Shown here piece after piece: positions 35,951 through 44,960 of a DNA stretch of 52,943 nt (position 1 is its first letter; the number at the start of each line of letters is the position of its first letter). A program made the translations under genes and the position numbers. The notes beneath the pieces are model-generated. The model saw only the letters and a list, made by a program, of their open reading frames with translations, had not been told where the DNA came from and did not search any database. The DNA is taken from NCBI GenBank assembly GCA_029881215.1, contig JAOUNA010000002.1, positions 1 to 52,943 of the forward strand, given 5' to 3'. Source of the stretch: Myxococcales bacterium. Lineage in GTDB: Bacteria; Myxococcota_A; UBA9160; SMWR01.

Positions 35951-37549
35951 TCAATCCCGTCGGACCCGCTCGGGAAAGTTGGCGAGAATCGACAGCAGCG
36001 GCCCGAGGGCCACCTGCCCCAGGCCGCAGATGCTGGTGCGGAGCATCGTCGCGTTGAGCTCCTGGAGCAGCGCCCGCGTCTCTTCGCCGACGCCTGCGCC
36101 CGACTCGAGCAGCTTGACCGCCTTCTCGGATCCGACGCGACAGGGCACACACTTGCCACACGACTCGTTGCGGAAGAAGCGCGTCACATTGCAGCCGACC
36201 TCGATGAGATCGTGCCCTTCCGCGATGAAGACGGCCGCTCCGGAGCCCAGCATCGAACCCGCATCCGCGAGCGTCTTGAAATCGATCGGCACGTCCAGGC
36301 AATCCGGCGGCAGGAAGTTGCTGGAGGCGCCGCCCGGCGCGATCGCCGCCAGCGGCCTGCCCCCGCGCATGCCGCCGCAGCGCTCGAGCAGCTCCCCGAG
36401 CGTCGTCCCGAATGGAACGAGCGCCACGCCCGGCTCGGCGACGTGTCCGCTGACGCTGATGAACTTGTGCCCCGCGAACCCGCGCTTGCCGAGCGAACGC
36501 CACCACTCCACGCCCCGGCCCAGGATTCCGGTCGCGTGCGCGAAGGTCTCGACATTGTTGATCAGCGTCGGCTGGCCGAAGAGGCCCACCGTCCCGGGGA
36601 AGGGCGGTTTGTTGCGCGGCTCTCCGCGGCGACCCTCCATGCACTCGAGCAGCGCCGACTCCTCGCCGAGGATGTAACCGCCGGGCGAGACGAAGATGTC
36701 GATGTCGAAATCGAAATCGCTGCCGAAGATCCCGGCGCCGAGCGCGCCCCGCGCGCGCGCCTCCGCGAGGGCCACTTCGAGCGCGCGGCGCTCCGGCGCG
36801 TACTCGTGCCGGATGAAGACGAAGCCCCGCTCGGCACCGACGCAGTGGCCCGCGAGCGCCATGCCTTCGAGCACGAGATGGGGCAGATCCCGGAGGATCT
36901 CGCGATCCTTGAAGCTCCCCGGCTCGCTCTCGTCCGCGTTGCAGATGACGTACTTCGGCAGCGCCGCTTCGCCCGCCACCAGCGCCCACTTGCGACCGGT
37001 GGGAAAGCCGGCGCCACCCATGCCGCGCAGACCCGCATCTTCGAGCGCGCCGATCGATGCCGATCGCTCCCGTTTCAGCGCGCTGCGCAGCGTTCCGTAG
37101 CGATCCTGCGCGCTCGAATAGATCTCGGCCAATCCCCAGTCGCGCGGAGCGCGCTCGTCGGCGCGCGTCTGCGGGTGATCGATCGCCTCGAGAATCTCGT
37201 CGGTCCGGTCGAGTCGCAGCACGCGAGGCCCGATCGCCGCAGCCGGCGCCCCGTCGCAGCGACCCAGACACGACACTTCGCAGACTTCCACGTCGTCGCG
37301 GCCCGCGAGCACCCCGCGCAGGCGCGCGGCGCTCGCGCCGCCTTCCGCCAGGGCACAGGCGAGATCGCGACAGACCGCCACCTCGGTGCGCGCCGCAGGC
37401 TTGCGCCGGAAGTGGGGATAGAAAGTCGTGACGCTCTCCAGTCGGTGCAGCGGAACGTTCAAGCGCCGAGCCAGCTCGCGCAGCGCGGCCTCACTCAGCC
37501 AGCCTTCCCGCTCCTGCAGGAGCGTCAGCTCGTGAACGATGGAAAACAC
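35951..37549 (-). CDS. NuoE-NuoF fused NADH diaphorase subunit (FDH1 beta-type)
   Basis: N-terminal 2Fe-2S VCRDLAC...SCLGRC; FMN motif GLRGMGGAGFPTG, NADESEPGSFKD and YILGEESAL; 4Fe-4S ESCGKCVPC...ICGLG; AGGAGG RBS 6 nt before GTG 37549. Confidence 0.9.
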   Translation of the reverse strand: MFSIVHELTLLQEREGWLSEAALRELARRLNVPLHRLESVTTFYPHFRRKPAARTEVAVCRDLACALAEGGASAARLRGVLAGRDDVEVCEVSCLGRCDGAPAAAIGPRVLRLDRTDEILEAIDHPQTRADERAPRDWGLAEIYSSAQDRYGTLRSALKRERSASIGALEDAGLRGMGGAGFPTGRKWALVAGEAALPKYVICNADESEPGSFKDREILRDLPHLVLEGMALAGHCVGAERGFVFIRHEYAPERRALEVALAEARARGALGAGIFGSDFDFDIDIFVSPGGYILGEESALLECMEGRRGEPRNKPPFPGTVGLFGQPTLINNVETFAHATGILGRGVEWWRSLGKRGFAGHKFISVSGHVAEPGVALVPFGTTLGELLERCGGMRGGRPLAAIAPGGASSNFLPPDCLDVPIDFKTLADAGSMLGSGAAVFIAEGHDLIEVGCNVTRFFRNESCGKCVPCRVGSEKAVKLLESGAGVGEETRALLQELNATMLRTSICGLGQVALGPLLSILANFPERVRRD

Positions 37550-37559
37550 CCGCAACCTC

Positions 37560-37606
37560 CTGAATTGTCTTATCTTATATCTTCTGCGGCGGAAAACACA
37601 AAGACG
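37560..37606 (-). promoter_or_regulatory. AT-rich candidate promoter of the diaphorase-mobA-aor-fdh operon
   Basis: Minus strand reads TTGTGT-N16-TATAAG followed by AGGAGG; conspicuously AT-rich against the window background. Confidence 0.4.
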
Positions 37607-37781
37607 TTCTCGGGCAATCTCGAGGGCGAATCGGACAAAGGGAAGTGCGGGGCCTTTGCCCAGGTCGCTTCCGCTGGAATCGAAGCGCGTGACGCGCCCC
37701 CGGCCCGCGTACGCCGGACGCTGCGCGCCCGTTGCTGCAATCTAGCCGCCGCGTGCGCCGCGCGTCACAATGCGGGCGCGC

Positions 37782-38618
37782 ATGGCCATCCGCCTCCTCG
37801 CTCTCGATCTCGACGGCACCGCGCTGGATGCTCACGGTGCGCTCACCGGCTCCGTGCGCGCAGCGGTGGCGGCGGTGCGCAGGCGCGGCATCCGCGTGAT
37901 CCTCTGCACGGGGAGGCGATTCCGCACCGCCCTCCCGATCGCAGAGCTCTTGCATCTCACCGGCCCCATCGTGGTGAACAACGGCGTTCTCGTGAAGGAG
38001 ATCGAGAGCGGAGCGACGCTGCAGCACGCGTATCTGCCACGCGGCGTCTACGGCGAGGTCTTGGCCCTGGTGCGCACCATGGGCCCGCCGCTCGTCTATG
38101 TGGACGCCTATCACGAGCGGCGCGACATGCTGACGGAACGGATCGATCAGGCGCATCCGTTCCAGCGGGAGTACCTGTCGGAAAACGGCGAATTCTGCGA
38201 TGTCGTCGACGACCTGGCCGTCGCGGCGCCGGAAGAGATCATCATGCTGAGCGCGATGGCGGACGAGGCGACGCTCGGCGACCTGCGCGCGCGCGCCCAA
38301 GCCGCACTGGGCGAGCGCGTCAAGACCCACGCGCTCATGAACAAGAACTATCGCGGCCAGATCCTCGAGTTCCTGTCACCGGGCTCGGGCAAGTGGCCCG
38401 CGCTCGCCCGCATCGCCCGTGCCGGCGGCATCGCAGTCGAAGAGATCGCCTGCGTCGGCGACGACTGGAACGACGTCGAGATGATCCGGCACGCCGGTCT
38501 CGGCATCGCCATGGGCAATGCCGTCGAACCCGCCAAGCAGGCCGCCGCGCTGATCGTGCGCAGCAACGCAGAGGGCGGCGTCGTCGAGGCGCTCGAGCGC
38601 GTGCTGCTCCACGCCTGA
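37782..38618 (+). CDS. Cof-type HAD-IIB family hydrolase
   Basis: ALDLDGT, LCTGR, VNNG, GK and VGDDWNDVEM...AMGNA motifs. Confidence 0.92.
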   Translation: MAIRLLALDLDGTALDAHGALTGSVRAAVAAVRRRGIRVILCTGRRFRTALPIAELLHLTGPIVVNNGVLVKEIESGATLQHAYLPRGVYGEVLALVRTMGPPLVYVDAYHERRDMLTERIDQAHPFQREYLSENGEFCDVVDDLAVAAPEEIIMLSAMADEATLGDLRARAQAALGERVKTHALMNKNYRGQILEFLSPGSGKWPALARIARAGGIAVEEIACVGDDWNDVEMIRHAGLGIAMGNAVEPAKQAAALIVRSNAEGGVVEALERVLLHA

Positions 38619-38639
38619 AGAGGCGGCGCGCTGCAGCGC

Positions 38640-39860
38640 CTAACGGGGTCCGGCGACGACGCCGTCGTCGTGGAGCTTGCCCACATCCGCCTCGCTCATG
38701 CCGAGGATCGAGAGCAGGATCTCGTCCGTGTCTTCGCCGATCGCCGGCGCGTGCTCGGGGTGGACGCGGGAACACGCGTTGAACTCGAGCGGTGATCCGG
38801 GTGCGAGATAGCTGCCGATTCCGGGCTGCTCGATCATCTCGAACATGGGGTTCTCGGTGGAGCAGTCGGGATCCTTCTCGACCACCTCCCGGATCGTCCG
38901 GTATTGCGACCAGCAGACGCGATTGGCGTCGAAGATCTCGCGGATCTCGGCGAGCCTGCGCGTCTCGAACCACGGCTCGAAGACCCTCGCGATCTCGCGG
39001 CGCGCGAGGAAGCGATCGCCCTCCATGGAGAAATTCAGACCCAGGCGCTTCTGCAGCGCGTCGAGCTCAGCCGCCGCGCCGGTCGCCTTGACCAGACTGG
39101 CCCACTGACTGCGCGTCAATCCGACGACCATGACGCGCTTCTCGTCGAGCGTCTCGAAGTCCCGCCCGAAGGCGCCGTACAGATAGTTGCCGTCCCGCGC
39201 GCGATCCGAGTCGTTGATCATCACCTCGGCGATCTTGCCGAGATTCCCCAGCATGGCGAGCGCCACGTCGTGGAGGGCGACCTTCACGAACTGTCCCTCG
39301 CCCGTGAGGCGCCTGTGCCGCTCCGCCGCGAGCAGGGCGACTACGGCGAGGTTTCCCGTGATCGCATCCCAGGCGGGCAGCATGTGGTTCACCGGCCGCG
39401 GATCCTCCTTGGGTCCGGTGATGGCGGGCAGGCCCACGGCAGGATTGACGGTGTAATCCACCTGCGAGCTGCCGTCTCTGCGGCCCGTCAGGTTCACCAT
39501 CACGAGATCTCCGCGCCGCTGCTTGAGGCGCTTGTAATCGAGCCATCCGCGGGCGGGAAAATTCGTGATGAACATGCCCGCGTTCTCACCCGGTGCGCAG
39601 ATCAGCGCGGTGAGAATCTCCTGACCCCGCCGAGAGCGGATGTCGACGGCGATCGAGCGCTTCCCCTTGTTGAACCCCGCCCAGAACAAGCTCTTGCCGT
39701 CGCGCGTGACGGGCCAGCGCGTGTAATCGAGTCCACCGCCGATGGGATCGAAGCGGATGACGTCGGCGCCGAGCTGCGTGAGCGTCAGTCCCGCCAGGGG
39801 CATGGCCACGAACGCCGAGCCCTCCACGACACGCATTCCATCGAGCACTGCTTGGGTCAT
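38640..39860 (-). CDS. mct: Mesaconyl-CoA C1-C4 CoA transferase (2-methylfumaryl-CoA isomerase), family III CoA transferase
   Basis: Start ATG 39860. VVEGSAFVAMPL..TLTQLGADVIRFDPIGGGLDY.RWP, NKGKRSIAVD, ICAPGENAGMFITNFPARGWL and VNHMLPAWD closely follow the Chloroflexus Mct sequence as I recall it. Confidence 0.85.
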   Translation of the reverse strand: MTQAVLDGMRVVEGSAFVAMPLAGLTLTQLGADVIRFDPIGGGLDYTRWPVTRDGKSLFWAGFNKGKRSIAVDIRSRRGQEILTALICAPGENAGMFITNFPARGWLDYKRLKQRRGDLVMVNLTGRRDGSSQVDYTVNPAVGLPAITGPKEDPRPVNHMLPAWDAITGNLAVVALLAAERHRRLTGEGQFVKVALHDVALAMLGNLGKIAEVMINDSDRARDGNYLYGAFGRDFETLDEKRVMVVGLTRSQWASLVKATGAAAELDALQKRLGLNFSMEGDRFLARREIARVFEPWFETRRLAEIREIFDANRVCWSQYRTIREVVEKDPDCSTENPMFEMIEQPGIGSYLAPGSPLEFNACSRVHPEHAPAIGEDTDEILLSILGMSEADVGKLHDDGVVAGPR

Positions 39861-39897
39861 CTGCTGTCTCTCTCCCGACTCCAGTTCTTCAGGGCGC

Positions 39898-40929
39898 TCA
39901 CGCCATCCATCCGACGACACGCCAATCGAGCACCGCCACGTCGTCGCCGGGCGCGGGCGCTTCCGCCCCGCGCTCGGCAAAGACGTGCGCGTGCAGATCG
40001 ACCAGCCCCCCCCCGCTCTCGAGGGCGTGCTTCGCCTCCAGCGCGAACTCCGTGCGCAGCACGTCCCCTTCGAATACCGGTGCCGTGTGATCGCAGCTTC
40101 GCCAGGCCACGAAGGTGACGAGATTGGGGAGCGCGCGCACGATCTGGGACGCGGCGATCGAAATGGTATGACCGCCGTACACGAGGCGTTTCCGGTAGGC
40201 GCTGCCAGCCGCATCCGTGTGTGCGCGCGCGACGTTGAGTGTCATGCGCGCAATCTCGGGCGCGCAGCTCACCGTATCCCGGCCCTCGACTCGGAAGCGC
40301 GCTCCCTCGCGAGCGTCCGCGAAATGGCTGCCGCTGCACCGCTCGCGAAACCGGTCCAGCCGCCAGTCGCGGGGCGCCGCGGCGCGCACCTGATCCATGT
40401 CGAGCTCGGAGGGAATGGCCTCGAACGAATCGGCGTGTCCCGTGCGGGCCTCCGGGTCCCGACACGGAAGCATGGGGCAGCGCCAGAAGTGCAGGACCGT
40501 CTCGCCGTGCTGGTTCTCGACGTGGACTTCGAACACCGCCATGCCGCTCGCCGCCCGTCCCGGCTTGGGCCGGTTCTGTCGCAGCGCGACGATCTTCGTG
40601 GTGGTGCGCAGCGTGTCGCCCAGGAACGCCGGGCGCTGCAACACGAGGCCCCGATAGAAGAGATTGCCCATGACGCGGCCGGAGGGCTCCGTCGTCTGGC
40701 CGATCGCGATGTTGCAGACCAGATTCGGATTCGCCAGCAGTCGCTCCGCTCCGGTCACCGCGCGGGAGAGCTGCGCGTCGAGGGGAAGGCGCAGCCGGTC
40801 CCCGAAGACGGCCTCGTGCAGCGCCGCGTGGCCGCTCGTGAGGGTCACGGCCGGCGCCGCGTCGAAGACCTGGCCGACTTTCAAGTCCTCGAAGTAGGGG
40901 CTGCCGATCTGGAGGGTCTCGTCCCGCAT
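39898..40929 (-). CDS. Double MaoC/hotdog enoyl-CoA hydratase, mesaconyl-C1-CoA hydratase (Mch)-like
   Basis: PYFEDLKVGQ, NLFY...GDTLRTTT.IVALRQN, second domain RLVYGGHTIS...HTAPVFEGD; ATG overlaps the upstream stop (TGATG). Confidence 0.75.
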   Translation of the reverse strand: MRDETLQIGSPYFEDLKVGQVFDAAPAVTLTSGHAALHEAVFGDRLRLPLDAQLSRAVTGAERLLANPNLVCNIAIGQTTEPSGRVMGNLFYRGLVLQRPAFLGDTLRTTTKIVALRQNRPKPGRAASGMAVFEVHVENQHGETVLHFWRCPMLPCRDPEARTGHADSFEAIPSELDMDQVRAAAPRDWRLDRFRERCSGSHFADAREGARFRVEGRDTVSCAPEIARMTLNVARAHTDAAGSAYRKRLVYGGHTISIAASQIVRALPNLVTFVAWRSCDHTAPVFEGDVLRTEFALEAKHALESGGGLVDLHAHVFAERGAEAPAPGDDVAVLDWRVVGWMA

Positions 40930-41879
40930 CAACAGCCTCCACCACCGGGCAGCACGCCGGCGCGCCGGGCGCGCTCCAGGATGCGCTTCTCGATCGCCAC
41001 GAGCGGAGCGTCGACCATCTTGCCGTCGAGACTGAAGACGCCGCTGCCGCCCGCGAGCGCCCGCTCGAAGCCCTCGACGACGCGCTGCGCGTGGGCCACC
41101 CGCTCGGGCGCGGGAGTGTAGACGTCATTCGCGATCCGCACCTGGGTCGGGTGGATACAGAGCTTGCCCTCGAAGCCGAGGCGCAGCCCGAGCGCGACGT
41201 CTGCTGCGAACGCCTGCTCGTCGCGCACGTCGAGGAAGACGCAGTCGATCGGAGACACGCCCGCCGCCTTCGCGGCGATCGCCACGGCGCAGCGCGCGTG
41301 GAGGAGAACCCCGGCCGAGGCGTCCGCATCCGCGAGCCCCATTTCGCGCGCGAAGTCGGCGTGCCCGAAGCAGAGCGCGTCGATCCGCTCGCTCGCATCC
41401 GCCAGCCAGGCGACGCGGGCGACCCCGGCGGGCGTTTCGACCAGCGCGAGCAGGCGCAGCGCCGCGTCGGGAGCCCGCTCGAGCCGGCGCTCCAGGCGAT
41501 CGAGCCGCGCCGACACCTCGGCGAGCGTGTCGGCACGCTGCGACTTCGGCAGCATCACGGCGTCGGCGCCCGCAGCCACCGCCGCCTCGAGATCCGCCGC
41601 GAAGTGCGGCGTCCCGGGTGCGTTGACACGCACGATGGCCTCCGCTTCACCCAGGGCTCGCGCGCGCAGCGTGTCGGCGACGAGCTGGCGCGCGCGATCC
41701 TTCTCCTCGGGCGCCACGGAATCCTCGAGGTCCAGCACCAGGCTGTCCGCGCCCGTCTCGGGCGCCTTCTCGAGCCTGCGCGGGTGGCCGCCGGGCACGA
41801 ACAGCACGGATCGCCGCAGGCGATCGCCGCGCTGATTCCGCTCCGCCGGCGAAGCGGCGCGTGCCTCGGGTCCGGACAT
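40929..41879 (-). CDS. CitE/HpcH-family CoA-ester lyase (malyl-/methylmalyl-/citramalyl-CoA lyase-like)
   Basis: RRSVLFVPG, DLEDSV, VRVN, MLPK, LVETPAG, FGHADF, GKLCIHPTQV and GKMVDAP motifs. Confidence 0.88.
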   Translation of the reverse strand: MSGPEARAASPAERNQRGDRLRRSVLFVPGGHPRRLEKAPETGADSLVLDLEDSVAPEEKDRARQLVADTLRARALGEAEAIVRVNAPGTPHFAADLEAAVAAGADAVMLPKSQRADTLAEVSARLDRLERRLERAPDAALRLLALVETPAGVARVAWLADASERIDALCFGHADFAREMGLADADASAGVLLHARCAVAIAAKAAGVSPIDCVFLDVRDEQAFAADVALGLRLGFEGKLCIHPTQVRIANDVYTPAPERVAHAQRVVEGFERALAGGSGVFSLDGKMVDAPLVAIEKRILERARRAGVLPGGGGC

Positions 41880-41925
41880 GCGGGGGCTCCCAGGTTTCGC
41901 GACCCGAAGACGGGCGCGCGATCGC

Positions 41926-42408
41926 TCAGAGTGTGCGCAGGATCGCCTCGGCGCTGCTCACCTCGAATTTCATGGGCGCGTCGACGGCGAGCGTCTTCAC
42001 CACAGCGTCCTCGGCAACGAGCGCGTAGCGCTGTGAGCGCAGCCCGAAGCCGATGCCGGAGCCGTCGAAATCGAGGCCGAGAGCCCTGGCGAAGTCGCCG
42101 TTGCCGTCGGCGAGCATGAGCACCTTGTCGCCCGCTCCTTGGCCCTGGCCCCAGGCATCCATCACGAAGGCGTCGTTGACCGACACGCACGCGATGAGGT
42201 CGACACCCTTCGCCTTGATCTCGTCCGCCTTCTCGATGAAGCCGGGCAGGTGTTGCATCGAACACGTCGGGGTGAATGCCCCCGGAACCGCGAACAGAAC
42301 CACCTTCTTGCCGGAAAAGAGCTCGTCCGTCGTCACGGTCTGCATCTTTCCGGCTTCCATGCGCCGCAGCGTCACGCTGGGAATCTTGTCTCCGACCTGG
42401 ATCGCCAT
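41926..42408 (-). CDS. Peroxiredoxin, Prx5 (type II) family
   Basis: Start ATG 42408 (MAIQVGDKIP). VPGAFTPTCS..HLPG, SVNDAFVM, LADGNG and RSQRYA motifs. Confidence 0.93.
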   Translation of the reverse strand: MAIQVGDKIPSVTLRRMEAGKMQTVTTDELFSGKKVVLFAVPGAFTPTCSMQHLPGFIEKADEIKAKGVDLIACVSVNDAFVMDAWGQGQGAGDKVLMLADGNGDFARALGLDFDGSGIGFGLRSQRYALVAEDAVVKTLAVDAPMKFEVSSAEAILRTL

Positions 42409-42649
42409 GCTCTTCCCTCTCCGTGAGTCCAACGCCCCACCGGTTTGGTTGCCTTCATCCCGCCCCGTCGCGGCCTGCTCGCGTCGGCAACGGGGGGTCG
42501 CGAAGAGATAGCCGCTCGCCCGTGGCGCCGCATCCTGCGTCGGCGCGAGCTCCCGTGCGGCGCGCCGCGGCTGGTCGGCAAGCGCGCAGCGGATATGCTC
42601 TGCGGCGCTTCGACAGGGCGCGGTGCGGGTGGCGCGCGAGGAGACCCCG

Positions 42650-42940
42650 ATGGGCGCGGGCAGCAAGCTCTCGCGTGAGGAAATCGAGCAGGCGCTCGCG
42701 ACGCTCAGCGGCTGGTCGCTCGCGGAGGGCAAGCTGCACCGCGAATTTCGCTTCCCGGACTTCGTGCGCGCCTTCGGCTTCATGGCACGATGCGCGCTGA
42801 TCGCGGAGGCGATGGACCACCACCCCGAATGGTGCAATGTGTACGGGCGCGTGAGCGTGGATCTCATCACCCACACCGCGCAGGGCGTCACCGCCCGCGA
42901 CGTGGAGCTGGCGCAGCGCATGAACGAGCTCGCCGACTGA
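42650..42940 (+). CDS. phhB: Pterin-4a-carbinolamine dehydratase
   Basis: FPDFVRAFGFM, AEAMDHHPEW, LITH and DVELA motifs; GAGGAG RBS before ATG 42650. Confidence 0.9.
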   Translation: MGAGSKLSREEIEQALATLSGWSLAEGKLHREFRFPDFVRAFGFMARCALIAEAMDHHPEWCNVYGRVSVDLITHTAQGVTARDVELAQRMNELAD

Positions 42941-43121
42941 GCGCGCACAGCCAGGCCCATGGGTTGCGGGCTCCGGCACGCGCCACCCCTCGGGGAGATC
43001 CTGGAACCGCAGCGGATGCGCAGGCATCGTACGCTCGCCCGGGTTGCGCGCTGCCAGCGCGGACCGATGCTGAGCAGCCGCCGAGACCGTGCAACGCAAC
43101 GGACACGCGAGGGAGAATCGA

Positions 43122-44288
43122 ATGACCGCGAAAGAGCAGCGCCCGGACATCGAGCGAGCCGTCAGGGAGCGCTATGCCGCTGCTGCGCAGGAGCGCTCTG
43201 CAGCGCTGTGCTGCCCCGTCGACTACGACCCGCGCCTGCTGGAAGTGATCCCGCCGGCGGTTCTCGAGCGCGACTACGGCTGTGGCGATCCCTCCCGCCA
43301 CGTGCGTTCGGGCGACACGGTGCTCGATCTCGGCAGCGGCGGCGGCAAGATCTGCTTCGTGGCATCCCAGATCGTCGGCAAGGAAGGCCGGGTGCTGGGG
43401 GTGGACATGAACGACGAGATGCTGGCGCTGGCGCGCGGCGCGGCGCCCGCGGTGGCTGAGCGCGTCGGCTACGCCAACGTCGAGTTCCTGCGCGGCCGCA
43501 TCCAGGATCTCGCCCTGCCTCTCGATCGGGTGGACGCGTGGCTGGCCGCGCATCCGGTACGCGACACCGCGAGCCTCGCAGATCTCGACGAGACGCTCGA
43601 CCGGCTGCGCCGCGAGCAGCCGCTCGTCGCCGACGCCTCCGTCGACATCGTGATTTCGAATTGCGTGCTCAATCTGGTGCGCAGCGAACACAAACGCCAG
43701 CTCATCGACGAGATCTATCGCGTGCTCAAGCGCGGAGGACGCATCGCGATCGCGGATATCGTGAGCGACGAAGAGGTCCCCGACGCGCTGCGCGCGGACC
43801 CCGCGTTGTGGAGCGGCTGCATCTCCGGCGCCTTCCACGAGGAGGAGTTGCTCCAGGAGCTCGTGCGGGCCGGCTTCTACGGCGTCGCCATCGACACGTG
43901 GGTCCAGGAGCCCTTCGCGGTGATCGACGGAATCGAATTCCGATCGGTGACGGTGACGGCGCACAAGGGGCTCGAAGGCCCGTGCTACGAGGCCAACCAG
44001 GCAGTGATCTACCGGGGACCCTGGCGCGAGGTGCGCGACGACGACGGGCACACGTTGCGGCGGGGCGAGCGCACGGCGGTGTGCGCCAAGACCTTCGACC
44101 TGCTCACGTCGGAGCCCTACGCCGACCACGTGATCCCGATGGCTCCGCGCGATGAGGTCCCCGAAGAAGAGCGCGCGCTCTTCGACTGCTCGCGCAGCGC
44201 GCCGCGGCATCCGCGCGAGACGAAGGGCGAGGACTACGCCGAGACCCGCGCGGCTTCCGGCTGCTGCGCACCCGACAGCTGCTGCTGA
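43122..44288 (+). CDS. arsM: Arsenite methyltransferase-like SAM-dependent methyltransferase (long form)
   Basis: LCC, YGCGDP, DLGSGGG, GVDMN, ISNCVLNL, WSGCISGA, RTAVCAKT and Cys-rich C-terminus GCCAPDSCC. Confidence 0.75.
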   Translation: MTAKEQRPDIERAVRERYAAAAQERSAALCCPVDYDPRLLEVIPPAVLERDYGCGDPSRHVRSGDTVLDLGSGGGKICFVASQIVGKEGRVLGVDMNDEMLALARGAAPAVAERVGYANVEFLRGRIQDLALPLDRVDAWLAAHPVRDTASLADLDETLDRLRREQPLVADASVDIVISNCVLNLVRSEHKRQLIDEIYRVLKRGGRIAIADIVSDEEVPDALRADPALWSGCISGAFHEEELLQELVRAGFYGVAIDTWVQEPFAVIDGIEFRSVTVTAHKGLEGPCYEANQAVIYRGPWREVRDDDGHTLRRGERTAVCAKTFDLLTSEPYADHVIPMAPRDEVPEEERALFDCSRSAPRHPRETKGEDYAETRAASGCCAPDSCC

Positions 44289-44292
44289 ACCC

Positions 44293-44312
44293 GAGCCGCG
44301 CGAGCGCGGCTC
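44293..44312. terminator. GC-rich hairpin between convergent genes, possible bidirectional terminator
   Basis: 8-bp stem GAGCCGCG/CGCGGCTC with 4-nt loop; no U-tract. Confidence 0.35.
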
Positions 44313-44877
44313 AGGGAGAGCGGATCTCGAAGGAATCCAGGAATCGGGCGGCGTCTGCGCCGCCTTCCGAGGACACCGGCCAGGTGGCCAGCGCGATGTA
44401 GAGGCGGTTCTCCAGCAGGACCAGCAGTGCCGTCTCGCGCCGCGGGGGCGACCCCCCGATCTCGTAGCGGAGAGAGCGCGCGGGATGCCCGCCGCGCGGC
44501 GCGTCGTCCGCGTCGATCAAGCGACCCCCGGCCGCCTCCAGCAGCGCGTCGCGCGCCCGGTTCAGGATCCCAGCCGAGGAGAGCAGCAGCACGGCGATGC
44601 GCGGCAGATCGCGCAGCTCGACGGCCATCTCCGTGTCGGCGAGGGCCGTCGCGAAGCGCACTTCCTGGATGGAGCCCAGCACCGTGCGGCGCGTGGAGCG
44701 GACCACCTGCGGCTCCGCGGGCAGCAGCACCCGGAAGCCACCCTCGGCGGAGTCGAACCCCTGCCACCCCGACGCCTGCGCGGGATGCGTCTCGGCGCGC
44801 GCCCAGGTCGGCGCGGCGGCAAACGCCGCAGACAAGAGCAGGAGCAGCGCGCGCGGTGCGCGCGCGGCTTTCGACAT
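44311..44877 (-). CDS. Exported hypothetical protein (possible PsbP/Mog1-like fold)
   Basis: 3' part of ORF 44311..46074 from ATG 44877; signal peptide ...LLLLLSAAFAAAPTWARA; W..F.S.EGGF.V.LP N-terminus and RFLDSF C-terminus. Confidence 0.6.
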   Translation of the reverse strand: MSKAARAPRALLLLLSAAFAAAPTWARAETHPAQASGWQGFDSAEGGFRVLLPAEPQVVRSTRRTVLGSIQEVRFATALADTEMAVELRDLPRIAVLLLSSAGILNRARDALLEAAGGRLIDADDAPRGGHPARSLRYEIGGSPPRRETALLVLLENRLYIALATWPVSSEGGADAARFLDSFEIRSP

Positions 44878-44960
44878 GGCGATGCAGACATCGCGCGTGG
44901 TCCCGAACGGTCGGGACCGCCACGCGGGGATGCCTTCGGCGCGGCGAGACCTGCCCGTTC

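Noticed and set aside
35951-37549. Respiratory complex I (nuo) operon
   Set aside because: No other nuo subunits are present; the NuoEF-like protein is co-transcribed with fdh alpha and fits the FDH diaphorase subunit.
38640-41879. Autotrophy via a complete 3-hydroxypropionate bi-cycle
   Set aside because: Malonyl-CoA reductase, propionyl-CoA synthase and the carboxylases are not in the window; only a partial module can be claimed.
42409-42649. GC-rich intergenic stretches with possible stems (also 7842-7981 and 49689-49983) as riboswitch or ncRNA
   Set aside because: No recognisable conserved RNA motif; base pairing is expected by chance at this GC content. An Rfam/Infernal scan would be needed.
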